Origin: Tubulanus polymorphus
Lineage: Eukaryota; Animalia; Nemertea
Reading direction: 5' to 3'
Assembly: GCF_964204645.1 (NCBI RefSeq)
Contig: NC_134031.1
Span: 11,534,088 to 11,598,087 of the forward strand
Length of the DNA: 64,000 nucleotides
The notes under the pieces are model-generated. The model had not been told where the DNA came from and did no database searches. It saw only the letters and a list, made by a program, of their open reading frames with translations. Shown here piece by piece: positions 24,074 through 37,774 of the stretch (position 1 is the stretch's first letter; each line of letters begins with the position of its first letter). A program made the translations under genes and the position numbers.

Positions 24074-24163
24074 TTATTATGGGAAAAAATTACTTGTGGT
24101 GATGAGTGGTGTGTCGTTCTCTCGTTCTCTGATCTGAACCCAAAATTTCCTAATTACTACGCT

Positions 24164-24482
24164 TGTGAATGACGATTTGATGAATGGGTAACTCTGGATA
24201 GGATTACAGTCCTCTCTCTCGCATTATCGCTCGCTGTGTGCTCAGAGTTTGTGAGCTGAACCTGTTTGTATTGTATTTTGCATTTCTAAACTCTATGAAC
24301 TTGTACAGTCTTTATTCTGAATCTCTCTTCTAGCACTATTTCTGTGCACCCCGCTATCCCCTCCGATTTGTATCTAAACCATGTACTTGTAAATACATTT
24401 ATTCCGAATAAAACCACGGTAAAAGGCAGATAGTCGTTGTCTTCATATTCTGGGACCTATTGTTGGCCGTCTTTACCCAACA
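24164..24482 (+). repeat. 5' LTR (319 bp)
   Basis: TGTGAATGACGATTTGATGAATGGGTAA repeated at 31240; contains AATAAA; ends in CA before the PBS. Confidence 0.9.
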
Positions 24483-24485
24483 TTT

Positions 24486-24503
24486 TGGTCCCTCGAGCCG
24501 GAT
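24486..24503 (+). promoter_or_regulatory. Primer-binding site, tRNA-Tyr type
   Basis: TGGTCCCTCGAGCCGGAT, one mismatch from the complement of the tRNA-Tyr 3' end. Confidence 0.75.
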
Positions 24504-24521
24504 GCTAGATGACGGACAACG

Positions 24522-27500
24522 ATGTCTGATGATAACGCGAAACAGATACAGCCGTCTTCGAGCCTGTCGTCAAAGTTAGAGCACCTACGTCGAGCTTGCG
24601 GGCTAAAAAAGGAGCTCTGACTCGTCTTTGTACTCAGGCTACAACATTGATCGCTGCCCGTGGAAGCCGGAGTCAATTGAAAAAACTGCTTTCGGCAGTT
24701 AGTACAGCATATAACGACGTCGTTTTTACCGTGAATGACGAATATACAAGTTTACTGCACACAGATGCCGAAACTCAAGAAGCAGCTGCCTATGTCACTG
24801 AGGTAGAGAAAAGGCACAGTGACACGTCGAACGCGATATTAGGCTACTTGCAGTGTCGAATTAATGATTCTGCGTCTCAAGCGTCATCTGCATCATCGAC
24901 TGCATCTCTAGCCGCAGAGGTCAACGCCAAGGTCAAGCTACTGAAGGTCACGCAACTGCAAAGACGCTTAGAAATTGAACATAGGAAAGAAGCAGCGTTG
25001 AAACACCAACGGATCCTACAGGAAGCGTAAGACGAAGCCGATGTTGCGGTCCTGAAAGCAAAGTTGATGAGCGAAGCTGACGAACTCGAGCGAGAACGAA
25101 AACACGATTTTGATGATGAATTGGTTCCTGACCTGCAAGAGTTTACACAGCCTCAACCGACACTCCCAGATCCGCCAGTGAATCGGCAGCCTCCACCACT
25201 GCTGCCAGACGACTATTGATACCGATTACCACAACCTCAGTCACCAAGACGTCCGCCGAGATCTTCGTTTACGAAGTCGCTACCGAAAATTAAGTTACCG
25301 ATTTTTAATGGTGATGCTGCAGAATGGCCACGATGGGAATCACTCTTTGAAGCATTGGTCCATAGTCAACCGGACCTGAATAACGTTGAGAAGATGACAC
25401 ACTTGCAGTCAGCAGTCACTGGTCCGCCTCAACAGTTGATTTCCGGTATGATGTTTGATGGAAGCCAGTATGATGATGCTTTGAATTCATTAAGAAATCG
25501 TTATGGAAAGGAAGACGACATCGTACGTGCTTGCCTAAAAAAGGTGTTTAGTCATCCGTCACCTAGAATACATGACGTCTCGTCACTCGAAGATTTCCAA
25601 GGTGTGGTAAATTCTACAGTCGTCACGCTGAAGAGCCTAAATTTCATGGAAGATTTTCGCAGCTCAGAGAATCTGCATCGAGTTATAATGAAGCTGCCCT
25701 TAGAGATCAGACGTGAATGGGGAAAACAAGCCGTAGAAATCGAATCCAAGAAGGAACGACCGACTTTACTCCACTTGAATGAATGGTTGGTGTTGCAACT
25801 CCGAGTATCCTTAAACTACTGTGAAGCAACGAAGTCTGTAGATGATCGTCAATCCAGAGATAGCAAGCAACATAGCAAGCCGAGTACATCCAAACCGAGA
25901 TCTGTCTTCTCTACTAACGTCAAGGCTGATGATGAGTGTATCCGCTGTAAAAGTAAACATCCCCTAGCAGAGTGTGACGATTTCAAGAAAAACCTTCCAG
26001 ACGTTAGAGCGCAGCTGGTTGCAGATAATGGACATTGTTTCTCATACCTCTCCAGGGGACACAGATCGCACCACTGCTTGTCAAAGAAATCATGTGGCAT
26101 AGACAACTGTCAGATGTAGCATCACAAGTTACTACATGGAAGCAAGAGAATATACCCTAAGACCACAGTTAAAGCGAAGACTACAGATTATTCGTCACAA
26201 GAGCGCACCGTCACCTTAACTAGAAGACCTACGGCCAATGATGAAGTGTTGTTGCAGGTGGTACCGATTCGAGTGTATGGTAATGGTGAACGATTCTTCG
26301 ATACTTTCGCTATATTAGATCCAGGGTCCCAAACGTCGCTGTGCTGTCGGGAGATAACAGATCGATTAGATGTTTCTGGCGAAGAAAGGACGCTGACGCT
26401 CAATACGATTAATGGTCCAAGTTCGCCGAAAACTGGAATGCTTGTTCAACTCGATGTCGTCCCGCTCTCAGCTAGTTCCGTTCGAAAGAAGATCAAGGTC
26501 GACGAAGCATGGTCCGTGGATGGATTGAAGATTCCACTCAGCCTTACCCGATTGAAATCCAGATTGAATTGGTGTCACGTAGAAGATATAGACATATCTG
26601 TTCCTGGTCATGGTGATGTTCAAGTCCTGTTAGGTGCTAACGTCATTGAAGCGGTTATTCAACATGAAACTAGGATTGGTAGACCTAACCAGCCCATAGC
26701 CGTTCGGACAGATTTTGGTTGGTCACCGACCGGGAGAGCTGGTAATTTCTCTTCATTGGAAGATACGATTCCACGTGTCTACTTTTCCTGGGATGCCACA
26801 CACGAAAATCAACAACTGTCTTCATTGGTTAAAGATTGGTGGCAAACTGAGTCGTTTGGTGTCAAGAACCTGGTACGTGAAAGTCAATCTACCGAAGATG
26901 TCCGAGCAGTTCAGATGTTAGAAGCTAATACTCGATTGGTCAATGGTCACTACGAGACTGGTTTGCTCTGGAAAGATGATGATATTCAACTGCCATGCAA
27001 CCGTTTAAGTGCGATGAAGCGTCTGAAGAATACAGAATGTACCTTAAAGAAGGATCCTGTCAGGGCTGCCGCCTATGCCAAAACGTTCGACGATTACGTT
27101 GAGAAAGGATATTCTCGAAAACTGAGTGAGACTGAAGCTAATCAGCCGAGTCCGAAGAAATGGTACCTTCCACACCATGCCGTTTTTAATCCAAACAAGA
27201 AGAAGATACGAGTGGTCTTTGACGCTGCCGCCTGCTACTCAGGAGTATCACTCAACAACCAGCTGATTTCAGGCCCCAATCTACTTCAAAGCCTGCCTGG
27301 GGTTCTTCTGCGTTTCGGTCAAGAACAAGTAGCTGTGATTGCTGACGTAGAAGCTATGTATCATCAAGTGCGGATAGCAGAAATGGATCAACCAGCATTA
27401 CGTTACTTCTGGAGGAATCTAGAAGACCGTCCACCAGACATCTACCAGATGCTGGTCAACATTTTCGCCGCCCGATGTTCCGCGTCTATCGCTAATTATG

Positions 27501-30500
27501 CATTGAAGATGACTGCACGCGATGCTAAAGATGTTCCGCAAGCCGTCCATGACGCCGTTCTTCGCGATTTCTATATGGACGACTTCCTCAAATCAGTCAA
27601 GACAGTTCTCAAAGCCATTGAGATGTTGTCACAGGTCTCTTATACAGTTGCCGTTGGCGGTTTTCGGCTTACGAAGTATTTCAGCAATAGCCGTGAAGTC
27701 CTCGCTGCAATGCCTCCGTCCGATGTTGCCGTTGACGTCCAGAAGTTACCCGACAGTCAACTACCTAAAGAACGAGCGCTCGGCGTATTATGGGACGCTG
27801 AAAACGATGTTATTGGTATACGAGTTCGTGTGTTCGATGCTGCGTTGACGCGACGAAGTCTACTGCGATTGGTATCTTCGATTTTCGATCCATTTGGTAT
27901 CGCCGCACCGTTTCTTCTCCAAGCCATGATACTCGTTCAACTATCTTCGACTCGAAAGCTTGATTGGGATGCTGACTTACCTGAAGAAGATGTCCGTGAT
28001 TGGAAGTTATGGTTAAATGCTTTAAAGTCGTTACCAGATGTTCACATTGTCCGTTGCTACAAGCCGTATGAAGATGAACCCAGTCGCCGCGAACTTCACC
28101 TGTTTTGCGATGCGTCCACAAAGGCCTTTCCCAGCTAGCACACAACGTTCATACAACATTCGGAAACGTTCGTGAAAGTTGTGTGATAGTTTATAATGTA
28201 ACGTTCAGGCGATAACGTTTTCTGAAGGTTTTCTAAACGTTTTCATCCAAGAGCCTGCAGCTAATTATTAGTTAAATCAGATATGATCAATATAGCCCGT
28301 TTTAAGCAAATCCCGATGTGGATTCCTACGTTTTAATACCATTGGAAAGCAAGATTCAAACTTTCGGGAGTAATGAAAAATATGGGATTCGAAACCGATG
28401 GATATCGTGATATATCAAAACAGGAAGTGTTCGCCATTGTTCAGCAATCAGCTTTAGTGGCGTGTTTAAGGGATTTAAAAATCGTTTATTTACTAAGGTA
28501 CGTTATTCAATCCACAAATTTTGATACTTTCAATGTATGGAAAAATACCGATAGAATGTTTTTGAAACAATCTCTTATGTAGAAACCCACGTTAGAGACC
28601 TTTTCGTCGGGTTTTATATCAATGAAATGACCTAACTGTTGTTCTCCAATAACAAGCATAAAAATCCCTGTATGTATGGATGAAATGAACTTCAAGGCTT
28701 AACACAACTATGAAAATAAAAGTTTCTATATTATTTCCTTTTTATTTTAGGAATCACAAAGGCTGCCAGCTACGCTGTAACGACGACGAATGGTGTACTG
28801 GAGAACTAACTTACGAGTGAATGATTTCGATATTATACATGTATATATACGTAGTTACAAAATAAAAGTTAGGTAAAATAATTCAAATATTAGTTAGTTG
28901 AAAGGGATTTATTCGAGCTCATGAAAGAGGACATCATGGTTATAATGTAACGTCATACGAACGTTATTGGAACGATTTTATCAAGCTCAATGGTTGCAGA
29001 GAGGTTGTGAAGTAACGTCCAGTCAACGTTATCAAAAACGTTCTGTGAACCTTAAAATACATTTACAAAAAAACGTTCTACAAACGTTGCACGAACGTTC
29101 AACATTAACGTTAAAACGTTAGTGAAAAACTTTTAGAAAACGTTCTTTGAACGTTTTTTGTTAGCTGGGTTGGTGCAGTCGCATACTTCCGTTTAGTAAT
29201 GCCCGACGGTGATCTACATTGCAGTTTCGTGATGAGTAAAACCCGTGTAGCTCCATTAAAGATGATGTCAATTGTCCGACTCGAACTTCAAGCTGCTGTC
29301 CTCGCTGTTCGTTTGGCTGAAGCTATCAAGAAAGAAGTTACATGTCGAATCGACGAAACTGTCTACTGGTCCGATAGCAAGGTTGTCTTAGGCTACATTA
29401 TGAACGGGAGCAGGCGTTTTCATGTCTTTGTCGCGGTGAGAATATCCGAGATCCACGACTCAACTACACCTTATCAATGGCGCCACGTACCGGGCTGCGA
29501 GAACCCTGCAGATGATTGCTCAAGAGGTGTTTCGGCTGCTAAGTTATCACCGGATTGTAGATGGCTGACTGGTCCAAGTTTTCTATGGAACTCCGTCGAA
29601 TCGTGGCCTGAAGATATTCCCACTGAAGAGTTCGTCAGCACCGATGACCCCGAAGTAAAGAAGAATGTTTGCCTTATATCCGTTAGACGTGCTGTACTGC
29701 CAGATCCATCCAAGAAGTCATCCTGGGTCGAGTATATACGAATTACAGCATGGATGCTGCGCTTTATCAACAACTTCGTTTCTACGCACCGAAAGGTTAA
29801 GTTGGAAGTTCGTCGTGATGGTCCGTTATCTGTTGCAGAATTCAAAAGGGCTGAAACGTTGATCTTAAGTACTGCTCAGCGACAGAAGTTTCCTATGGAG
29901 TATGCTGCCTTGAGGTCTGCTAAAAGACTGCCATCGTCAAGCAAGCTGCTGCAACTGGATCAAGAATTGGATGCGTCAGGTTTGATGAGAGCTCGTGGCA
30001 GACTGATGAACGCAAATATACCGACGGCTGCCAGGTTTCCAGTTATACTGCCCAATGCCCATGACGTCACTAGAATGGTAATCATGCATACTCATATAGT
30101 GTGTTTGCATGCTGGTATTGACCACACGCTGAATCAGATTCGTCAGAGATACTGCATCCTGAAATCGAGATCGACCGTCAGAAAGCTATTGTTTCATTGT
30201 CCAAATTGCAAGAAGAGGCGCGTCCAGCCTAAAGTACCGAAGATGGCAGATCTACCCGAAGCCCGCTTTGATGACTCGCATCCGTTCAACAGTGTTGGTA
30301 TTGATTATTTCGGGCCTTATGAAGTTCACAGATTTAGAAAGACAGAGAAGCGTTATGGTCTATTGGTTACCTGCATGTCAACCCGGGCAATCCATCTGGA
30401 AATGAGTAACTCGCTCGATACCGACAGCTTCCTGATGGCTTTTCGACGTTTTGTTGCACGCAGAGGACGTCCGGCAGTCGTATACTCCGACAATGGCACC

Positions 30501-31188
30501 AATTTGAAGTCCGGAGAAAACGAGCTGCGCCAAGCTTTACGCAAATTTAACCATCAACATATCGAAGATGACATGTCTCAAAAGATGATCCAGTAGTACT
30601 TCAACCCTCCCGCCGCCAGCCACATGGCCGGCGTTTGGGAGCGTCTCGTCTCTTCAATCAAAAGATGCTTGAAGATCGTTATCGGTAAACAGATACTTGC
30701 TGATGAAGTCCGCCATACACTATTCGTTGAAGTTGAAGCTGTTTTAAACTCAAGACCGATTACTCATGTCAGCAGTGACAGTGGTGTTCCGTCAGCACTT
30801 ACACCCGCTCACTTCTTACTGGGAAGAGCAATACCAAACCTATCTACAGGAGTCTACACTGATGTCGACGTGTCGTACCAGCGCAGATGGAAGCAGACTC
30901 AAACGCTAGCAAACCACTTTTGGAGCCGTTGGAGAAAGGAATACGTCCCAACCCTCATTGCCAGACCAAAATGGGATCGCGAAGGTAGAAACATTTGACG
31001 ATGTAGTGTTAATAGTTGATCAAGATGTACCGCGTGGTATGTGGAAGATAGGCCAAGTTATTCGTGCGTTTCCTGGCCGTGATGATGTCGTCAGATCCGC
31101 AGAAATCAAAACTGGTTCGGGAACTTACGTGTGCCCAGTAGCCAAACTATGTGTGCTGGAAGAAGCCAAAACGCTTAAAATGAACTGA
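24522..31188 (+). pseudogene. BEL/Pao gag-pol polyprotein (gag, protease, RT, RNase H, integrase)
   Basis: DUF1759-like gag, Cys/His knuckles, FAILDPGS, YMDD, HLFCDAS, GIDYFGP, YSDNGTN, GVWERLV; several stops plus an insertion at 28130-29169. Confidence 0.95.
28130..29169. mobile_element. Non-autonomous DNA transposon, EnSpm/CMC-like
   Basis: TIR CCCAGCTA...TAGCTGGG, subterminal AACGTT repeats, 2-bp TT TSD; removal restores CDASTKAFGAVAY. Confidence 0.85.
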
Positions 31189-31267
31189 CTTAAACTGTTT
31201 CGTGTAACTTATTTCCTTCCGTCATTTCGGGCGGGAGGATGTGAATGACGATTTGATGAATGGGTAA

Positions 31268-34200
31268 GGCCAAAAAAAAAGATGTCTTGTTTCTCATGAT
31301 TTTGAAATCCCGCCCGCATCGGAAAAATCATCGGCAAATCAGCGATAAAAATAAAGTCCGCCCTCCCGCATCATAGCTCGAAAATAAATTTGTTTTTTAT
31401 AAAAATTAAAATCCGCCCGCCCGCATCGATATATTACGCATATCGTCATCTTTTTATCATTTTATATCTCTATGAACGTATCGAGAAAAGTTGATATATA
31501 AATATAAATATCACATAAATATCATCGGCACCACACTGGTGACTCGAACCCATATCAACGGAGTCGGTTACCGTAGGCCTAAATGTCAAATGCCAAGGTC
31601 GCTGTGGAGCTTGATTTCTGGCGTGATTCTTATTCGAAGCGATTTCTCTTGGTAAAATGTGGTGGTAATAGCGTCCAAGATGTTGCTATCTGTTCAAATA
31701 ATATTCCAAAAGAAGCCAATACTACGTTGGCCAATTCTACAAGTATCTCCAGAGTCAACAGTGATGGAACTTTTCGAAAATGCGTTGGCCGGTTCTTACT
31801 CAAACTTGACAGTTAGTGAAGAAATGCGTGACGTTCACGAGAAGTATATAGAGTGTCCAGATTTACTGAAAGCCGATATTTCTAGGACCTTAGAAGGTCA
31901 CTTCCAGTCAATACCTGTGACATCTGTAATCAGTGATTTAAAAGACTTTGGTATATATGTAAAATATACTTTGGAGACAAAAAAGGCCAGTAGCAGTACA
32001 GCAGAGCGGAATGCATTCCAGACATTAATGGCTGCAGCTGCAAGAAAATCCTGGCCCCCGATGATTGATCCAATAAGAAACAAAAAAGATGAACTGTTTA
32101 ATCATGTGTTGCTAGTCTTTAAAACCATGGGTGGACCAGGCTGGCCAGCATCATCATTGACGATTGGGAATAACTTCGTCACATTATTGACCGATGTCAT
32201 GTGGATGTTAGACGGCAATCATGTAAGTAGCTGACTTATACCTGTCTGTTTTTCCTTAAAACTTGCTGATTTTTATTTAAGGCCAAAACAAAATGTATGT
32301 GTGGTTACGGTCTCCCCACCGATTCAAATGAATTACGCCGAGTCATTTTATTTTATTGGCCTAATTTTCGTCATCTAAAATTTTGGAGTAACCATTTTTC
32401 ATTGTTCATGTTCAAACATCCGGAAAATGCACAACACATATAAAAGTCATCGATAAAACTTTTTCAAAATCGACCGGGATTGCAATCTTTATGTCTTGAA
32501 ATTTAGGGATTATTACCGGAATGTGACTGCCATGTGAGCTCACATATTTTGACAGCTGAGCTACTACTAGCGCCATCTATCGAACATAAATTGAACCTGT
32601 TGCCCAATTTCACTCCAAATGCTATCATAAATCATTGGACAGTCTGTTATGTCTAGTCTCTGTTGAATTGTAATAAGGCTTATATTTTTTACAGTGTCGT
32701 AGTCTCTGATTCAACAGGCCATAAATAGTCCTATTGATAACTAAGAGATATTTTTTTTGTTAACGTTTGGAGACCTAGGTACAATACAACGTAGTTTTAC
32801 ACATGTCTTCAGCTTCAAAATTTTGATACTGATGAAAGGTAAACAAGGGTGATGATGATTTATAATTACCAAGTAACACATCAAAAAATTCTTGAATTAA
32901 TATGTATGTTGTTTATTTGTTGGTAAAGGTTCTTAGGTTTTTAAGCGTTGCTTATTTTGTGACTGAAAATAATGAATAAGCAATGAAAAAAACCCTTCGC
33001 ATTCTTTGACTTTTGAGGTGATGGTATTACTGATACATTACTTCCATAGGCCATATACTTGGAAGTTAGTCATAGTGGTACTTGCAAGTTAATTTTCTTG
33101 CTATAGTATGTCGTAAGCATAAAATGTCCACTAACTTTTCGCACAAGACTTTGAATGGAAGCTATATGCACGTTTAAAATGTTTTATATCTATTTTCAGG
33201 ATAAATTAGCTTCTCGGAGCTGCGAAATCCCAACAGCACTCAAGCCACTAAATGGGTATAATCGCCCGGAGCTCCACAAACATAAACGTACGCAACTATC
33301 TGAAACGGAGATGTCATCATTTAGAGATATGTTATTTACTGTTTTACAACAGGTAAACCCCCTTGAATTTTCATACTTTAAAATTATGTTTGAAAACCGA
33401 GTTAGAGAAAATTAATTATACTTTAGCGAATATATTCACAAACAAGATTGTAAATGTAGAATATTTCCTACACAAGAACACGTCATGGGCATTATTTCAA
33501 GGATGTCTGTATTGCATTTTTATTTTCTTTAACTGACTATGAACTATATCAATAGTTAAAATTCAATGGTGGACAGCAGACTTTATATTTCTATGTATTA
33601 CTTTGACGGACTTATCCACTTCCTGTTTATTACATACAAGCCTTTATTTCAGCTTGCTCAGTGATGCTTCAGGCTTATGTCATTGCATTTCAAACTGCTC
33701 TGTTTTTAGGGCCATGGTATTAAATGTAAAAATCTGTGGGCAAGTCATGTATTCCACAAACAAAATTTTGACAAGGGATTATCAAAATTCAAATATTTTT
33801 GTATTCTAGAAATGGATTTCTACAGATGACCAATGGAAGCACATGAAGGAGATGGTAGAGAGCCTAGCTATGGCATTAGACAAGTATATCGATTATCTGA
33901 ATAAGAGAACAGCAGAAATGAATCGGATACACAGTTTACAGGAACCAGTACGGAGTGTTGATGACGCTTATAGTACTATAGACTTGCCATATGGTATGCC
34001 ATTTCCCAAAATTCATGCTGAATATATGACAGACATTTATGAAGCTTTAACTGTATTGGGTGACAATGAACCTCTTTTTCTGAACCAATACCTACCTGAA
34101 AATCCTCAAGAAAGGTACAAAGTTATAAAAAGCATAAAAATGTATGGTGTTGGATTTAGGTCTGTCTTGTACACTTACAGTACTGGAAACAATCTTGGTT

Positions 34201-35645
34201 CCTTGCATTTTGTATGGAAATGCTCAGAAAATGAAGATACAATAGATTCAAATAGCCATGTTATCCTTAAACTGTCGGCCGACATGCCAAAATTCCATAC
34301 ACGTGAAATGCGCAAAGTTGTTGAAAAAATGGTCGGGTCTGTAGTAAAATTAAAACCTCTGGTATTCAGAAATATCTAAAAACTTATTTCGGGTGATATG
34401 TCTGTTGGAGAAACTGCAGAGCAGGCCATAATTGATTCACGTGTCAGGCTTATTATGGAATCTGGGGACGTAGATCTGGTGGCAGATATGAGAACCTTAA
34501 ATCAAGGCCGGGAAGCCAAGTTTGAGCCGTTTTGGGTTGAGGTGGAGAAGTATATAAATGAAATTTGTGGCGAGGTTACAGCTGATCGTCGCCATGATGC
34601 TGTGTGCCATATTGCCACAGCAATGTCCATCCACCACCTACACAAAGAAGTCTCCAGCCGTTGTCCAGAAGGTACACCTATACCTTCTGAACAATGGCTT
34701 AGACTTCAATTTTGGCCGAAGGACCCATATTCAAAATCTGCCTACCAATACACGGGTAGGTTAAAATTGAAGTATATGGTGCAGAAAAGGCAGGTGAGGC
34801 ACTCACACATTGATTCTCACTATGCATCAGCATTGTACAAATACGAACGTGAGATGGCCATTAGGTTTAGAGATAAATGTGTCTTTATTTCAATAGATGA
34901 TAAACATAAAATCAAATTAGGTGAACCGGGATATCATGTGGCAGCGTGTGATCGTGGTAAGCAGGTAATTGTAGACAAGGATAAGCTATTTTCAGTTGGT
35001 GATCATGATTTCACAAAGTTTGGGTTGACTCCAAGTGTGACATTGCTGATTGATGTGCCAGACTCAATCACTGGGAGTTTCTATTCTGGGCAAGTCTTTG
35101 TGAATCTCAAAGATAGTATATTAGAACCGTCTAGCCCAATTCGACATGCCACTGAAATTATCAAGATGTTGGATACTCAGGTTAGAAAGCCAATTCTGTT
35201 TATTTATTCCGATGGTGGCCCTGACCACAGGCTTAATTTTATAACTGTACAGTTGTCGTATCTGTGTATTTTCTTGAGATTTCAGCTTGATCTCTTGGTT
35301 GCTGTAAGAACACCACCATATAATAGCTGGTTAAACCCAGTTGAGCGCATAATGTCAATTATCAATATTGCCCTACAATGTGTTGGTCTTATGCGGCAGG
35401 AGTCTACTGACAGTTTCGAAAACATTCTCTCTGGGTGTAGTAATATGAAAGAGATAAGAGCTGCTGTTGAGAAAAATGATGGGATGGGCCCTGCTCTCTT
35501 AGATTCAACCCGCCCTGCAAAGCAGTTACTGAATTCCCTCATTGAAAAATTAGAACTTAAAGGTGAGAGTTTCACATGCATGGAATCAGCTACGGAAGAA
35601 GAAATCAGAGAATTTTTCGAAACTGTAAGTGACTTAGATGAACAT
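31268..35645 (+). mobile_element. Zator-type DNA transposon with spliced DDE transposase, 3' truncated
   Basis: Starts GGCCAAAAA after TAA inside the 3' LTR. Exons about 31659-32223, 33201-33352 and 33810-35645; motifs SIDDKHKI, GDHDF, YSDGGPDHR, SWLNPVER; one nonsense codon at 34377. Confidence 0.8.
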
Positions 35646-37764
35646 GCCTATTGTTTTATCGATTATACGAGAATAAATTTTTCTGTAGTTCAACATCCAG
35701 ATTTCTACATTAAATCTCATGGCTTCAATAGTTGTATATGTTTTACACTAAAAATTTGTTCCTAAGTAGTACAACAGGTTGCATTGGAACGGAATTAATG
35801 GAACAACGGTATTTTATATACGGCCGGATAATAGCGTTAGGCCTATACGAATTTTACTCGACACAGAGAAAGGAATAAAACGGGAGCAAAAAAATTAAAA
35901 AGATAAGATATGTTTGAAAACGCACGGCATTTTACTCCAGGGATTGGCAAAATTTAAAGTTAATTACTCTTCAGTACTTGTATGCAGCGGGACGGTCATT
36001 TTGTAACACGCGGACCGCGCGCGCGCATTATTCTCCGGGACTCGGGAGCGATGCTGTGAAACCGGCGCGCTTGTTATTCTAAAAATTCGACACGTTGCTA
36101 AGGTGGACTGTGCTTTTTGTGGGATTCGAATCCAGTCTTCCAATCGGTTTCTACGGAGAAAAACGAACTAAAAATAAAATTTTTTGACAATATATTGTGA
36201 ATATTCTTTGTAAAATTACACAAAATTTTTTTGTAATCCATCAAACTACCCGTGCGACGCGGCCCGCATGTTTCGACGAAAGTCCGCCCGTGACCGTCTT
36301 TTTCGTTGCCGCGATTTAGCCAATGCCCATGTGTCCCGGATGTAAACTACACTTTTTGAGAAGGACAGTATGGAGAAATATAGGAAATTTGAATTTGCCT
36401 CATACGCGCGATTAACTTAAGGAGCTTCCATATGTCAAAGTCGAAACTTGGTGAAGCGCACAGCCAGTCATAAGTTTTAATGAATAAATAGAGCCCCAAC
36501 TCGTATAGAATTCTACATAGTAAAAAACATAGGTTTTGCGGGGGCACAGTGTTCGGCGAGGTCCGTGGTCAAAGAAAATCACCCACAATATCGAAGATCT
36601 ATTCTAGCGAAGATTCGCCGTGATCAAATACATGTAAAGAAAAGGAATTCATTTTTTTGCGAAAAATACCGTAAGCTTTGAGAGTGTTGATTACAAATTA
36701 AAAACCTTGTTTGTTTCATCTTTCCTACGACAATAAATCTTATATGATATTAATGCAATTATCTGATATGTTTTACGAACGGCTTTAATAGTTATATATG
36801 TTTTATGCTAAAGGAAGGCACCCGGTGGCGTGACCATAGAAAATCACCCAAAGTATGATAGATTTTCGAGCGAATTAAGGGACCCGTGATTAAAAAAGAA
36901 GAAAAATCATTTCTGCGAAAAACAACGTGGTTGTTTTGGAAATGTTGATTACAAATTGAAAGCCTATTGTTTTATCGATTACACGAGAATAAATTTTTCT
37001 GTAGTTAAAAACGTCAGATTTCTACATTAAATCTCATGTCCAATAGTTTTATATGTTTTACACCAAAGATTTGTTCCTAAGTATTACAACGGGTTGCATG
37101 GGTATGGAATTAATGGAACAACGGTATTTTTATATACGGATTATACTTTTATAGCGAGGGATTTTACTCGAAACGGAAAAGGGGAATAACGTTTGAAAAA
37201 CGAAAGTAAAAAAAAAGATACGATATGTTAAAAAACGAACGGCATTTTACTCCCAGGGATTGGCAAAATTTTAATTATTCAGTACTTGTGTGTAGCGGGA
37301 CGGTCATTTTGTCATACGCGGACCGCGCGCGCGTGCGTTATTCTCCCGGACTCGACCCTTAGTGATGCTGTGAAACCGGCGCGCTTGTTATTCTAAAAAA
37401 TTCGACCCGTTGCTAAGGGACTGTGCTTTTTGTGGGATTCGAATCCAGCCTTCCAATCGGTTTCTACGGAGGAATACGAACTAAAAATAACATTTTTTTG
37501 ACAATATATTTTGTACATTCTTTGTAAATATTCGGAAAATTACACAAAATCATTTTGTTATCCTTCATTCGCGTATTCAAACTAACCGCGCGACGCGGCC
37601 CGCTAGTTTCGACGAAAGTCCGTCCCTGACCGTCATTTTCGTCGCCGCGATTTAGCCAATGCCCATGTGTCCCGGATGTAAACTACACTTTTTGAGAAGG
37701 ACGGTATGGAGAAATATAGAAAATTTGAATTTGCCTCATACGCGCGATTAACTTAATGAGCTTC
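35646..37764. repeat. Tandem duplication, period about 1.3 kb (35646-36428 vs 36962-37764)
   Basis: Long colinear matches, e.g. GCCTATTGTTTTATCGATT, GGACCGCGCGCGCG, GGGATTCGAATCCAG, CATACGCGCGATTAACTTAA. Confidence 0.9.
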
Positions 37765-37774
37765 AAGTGTGTGA

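Larger units (their letters stand above)
24164..31267 (+). mobile_element. BEL/Pao LTR retrotransposon
   Basis: 5' LTR TG...CA at 24164-24482; PBS at 24486; PPT GGGCGGGAGGA at 31229-31239; 3' LTR starts identically at 31240 and is cut at 31267. Confidence 0.95.

Noticed and set aside
25552-30544. Antisense and alternate-frame ORFs over the BEL pol and other transposases
   Set aside because: Shadows of the real coding frames, with no independent motifs
32281-32361. 81-bp GGCC...GGCC mini-element flanked by TAA in a Zator intron
   Set aside because: TIR match too short to call with confidence
36100-36140. tRNA gene
   Set aside because: Only a B-box-like palindrome; no cloverleaf could be built
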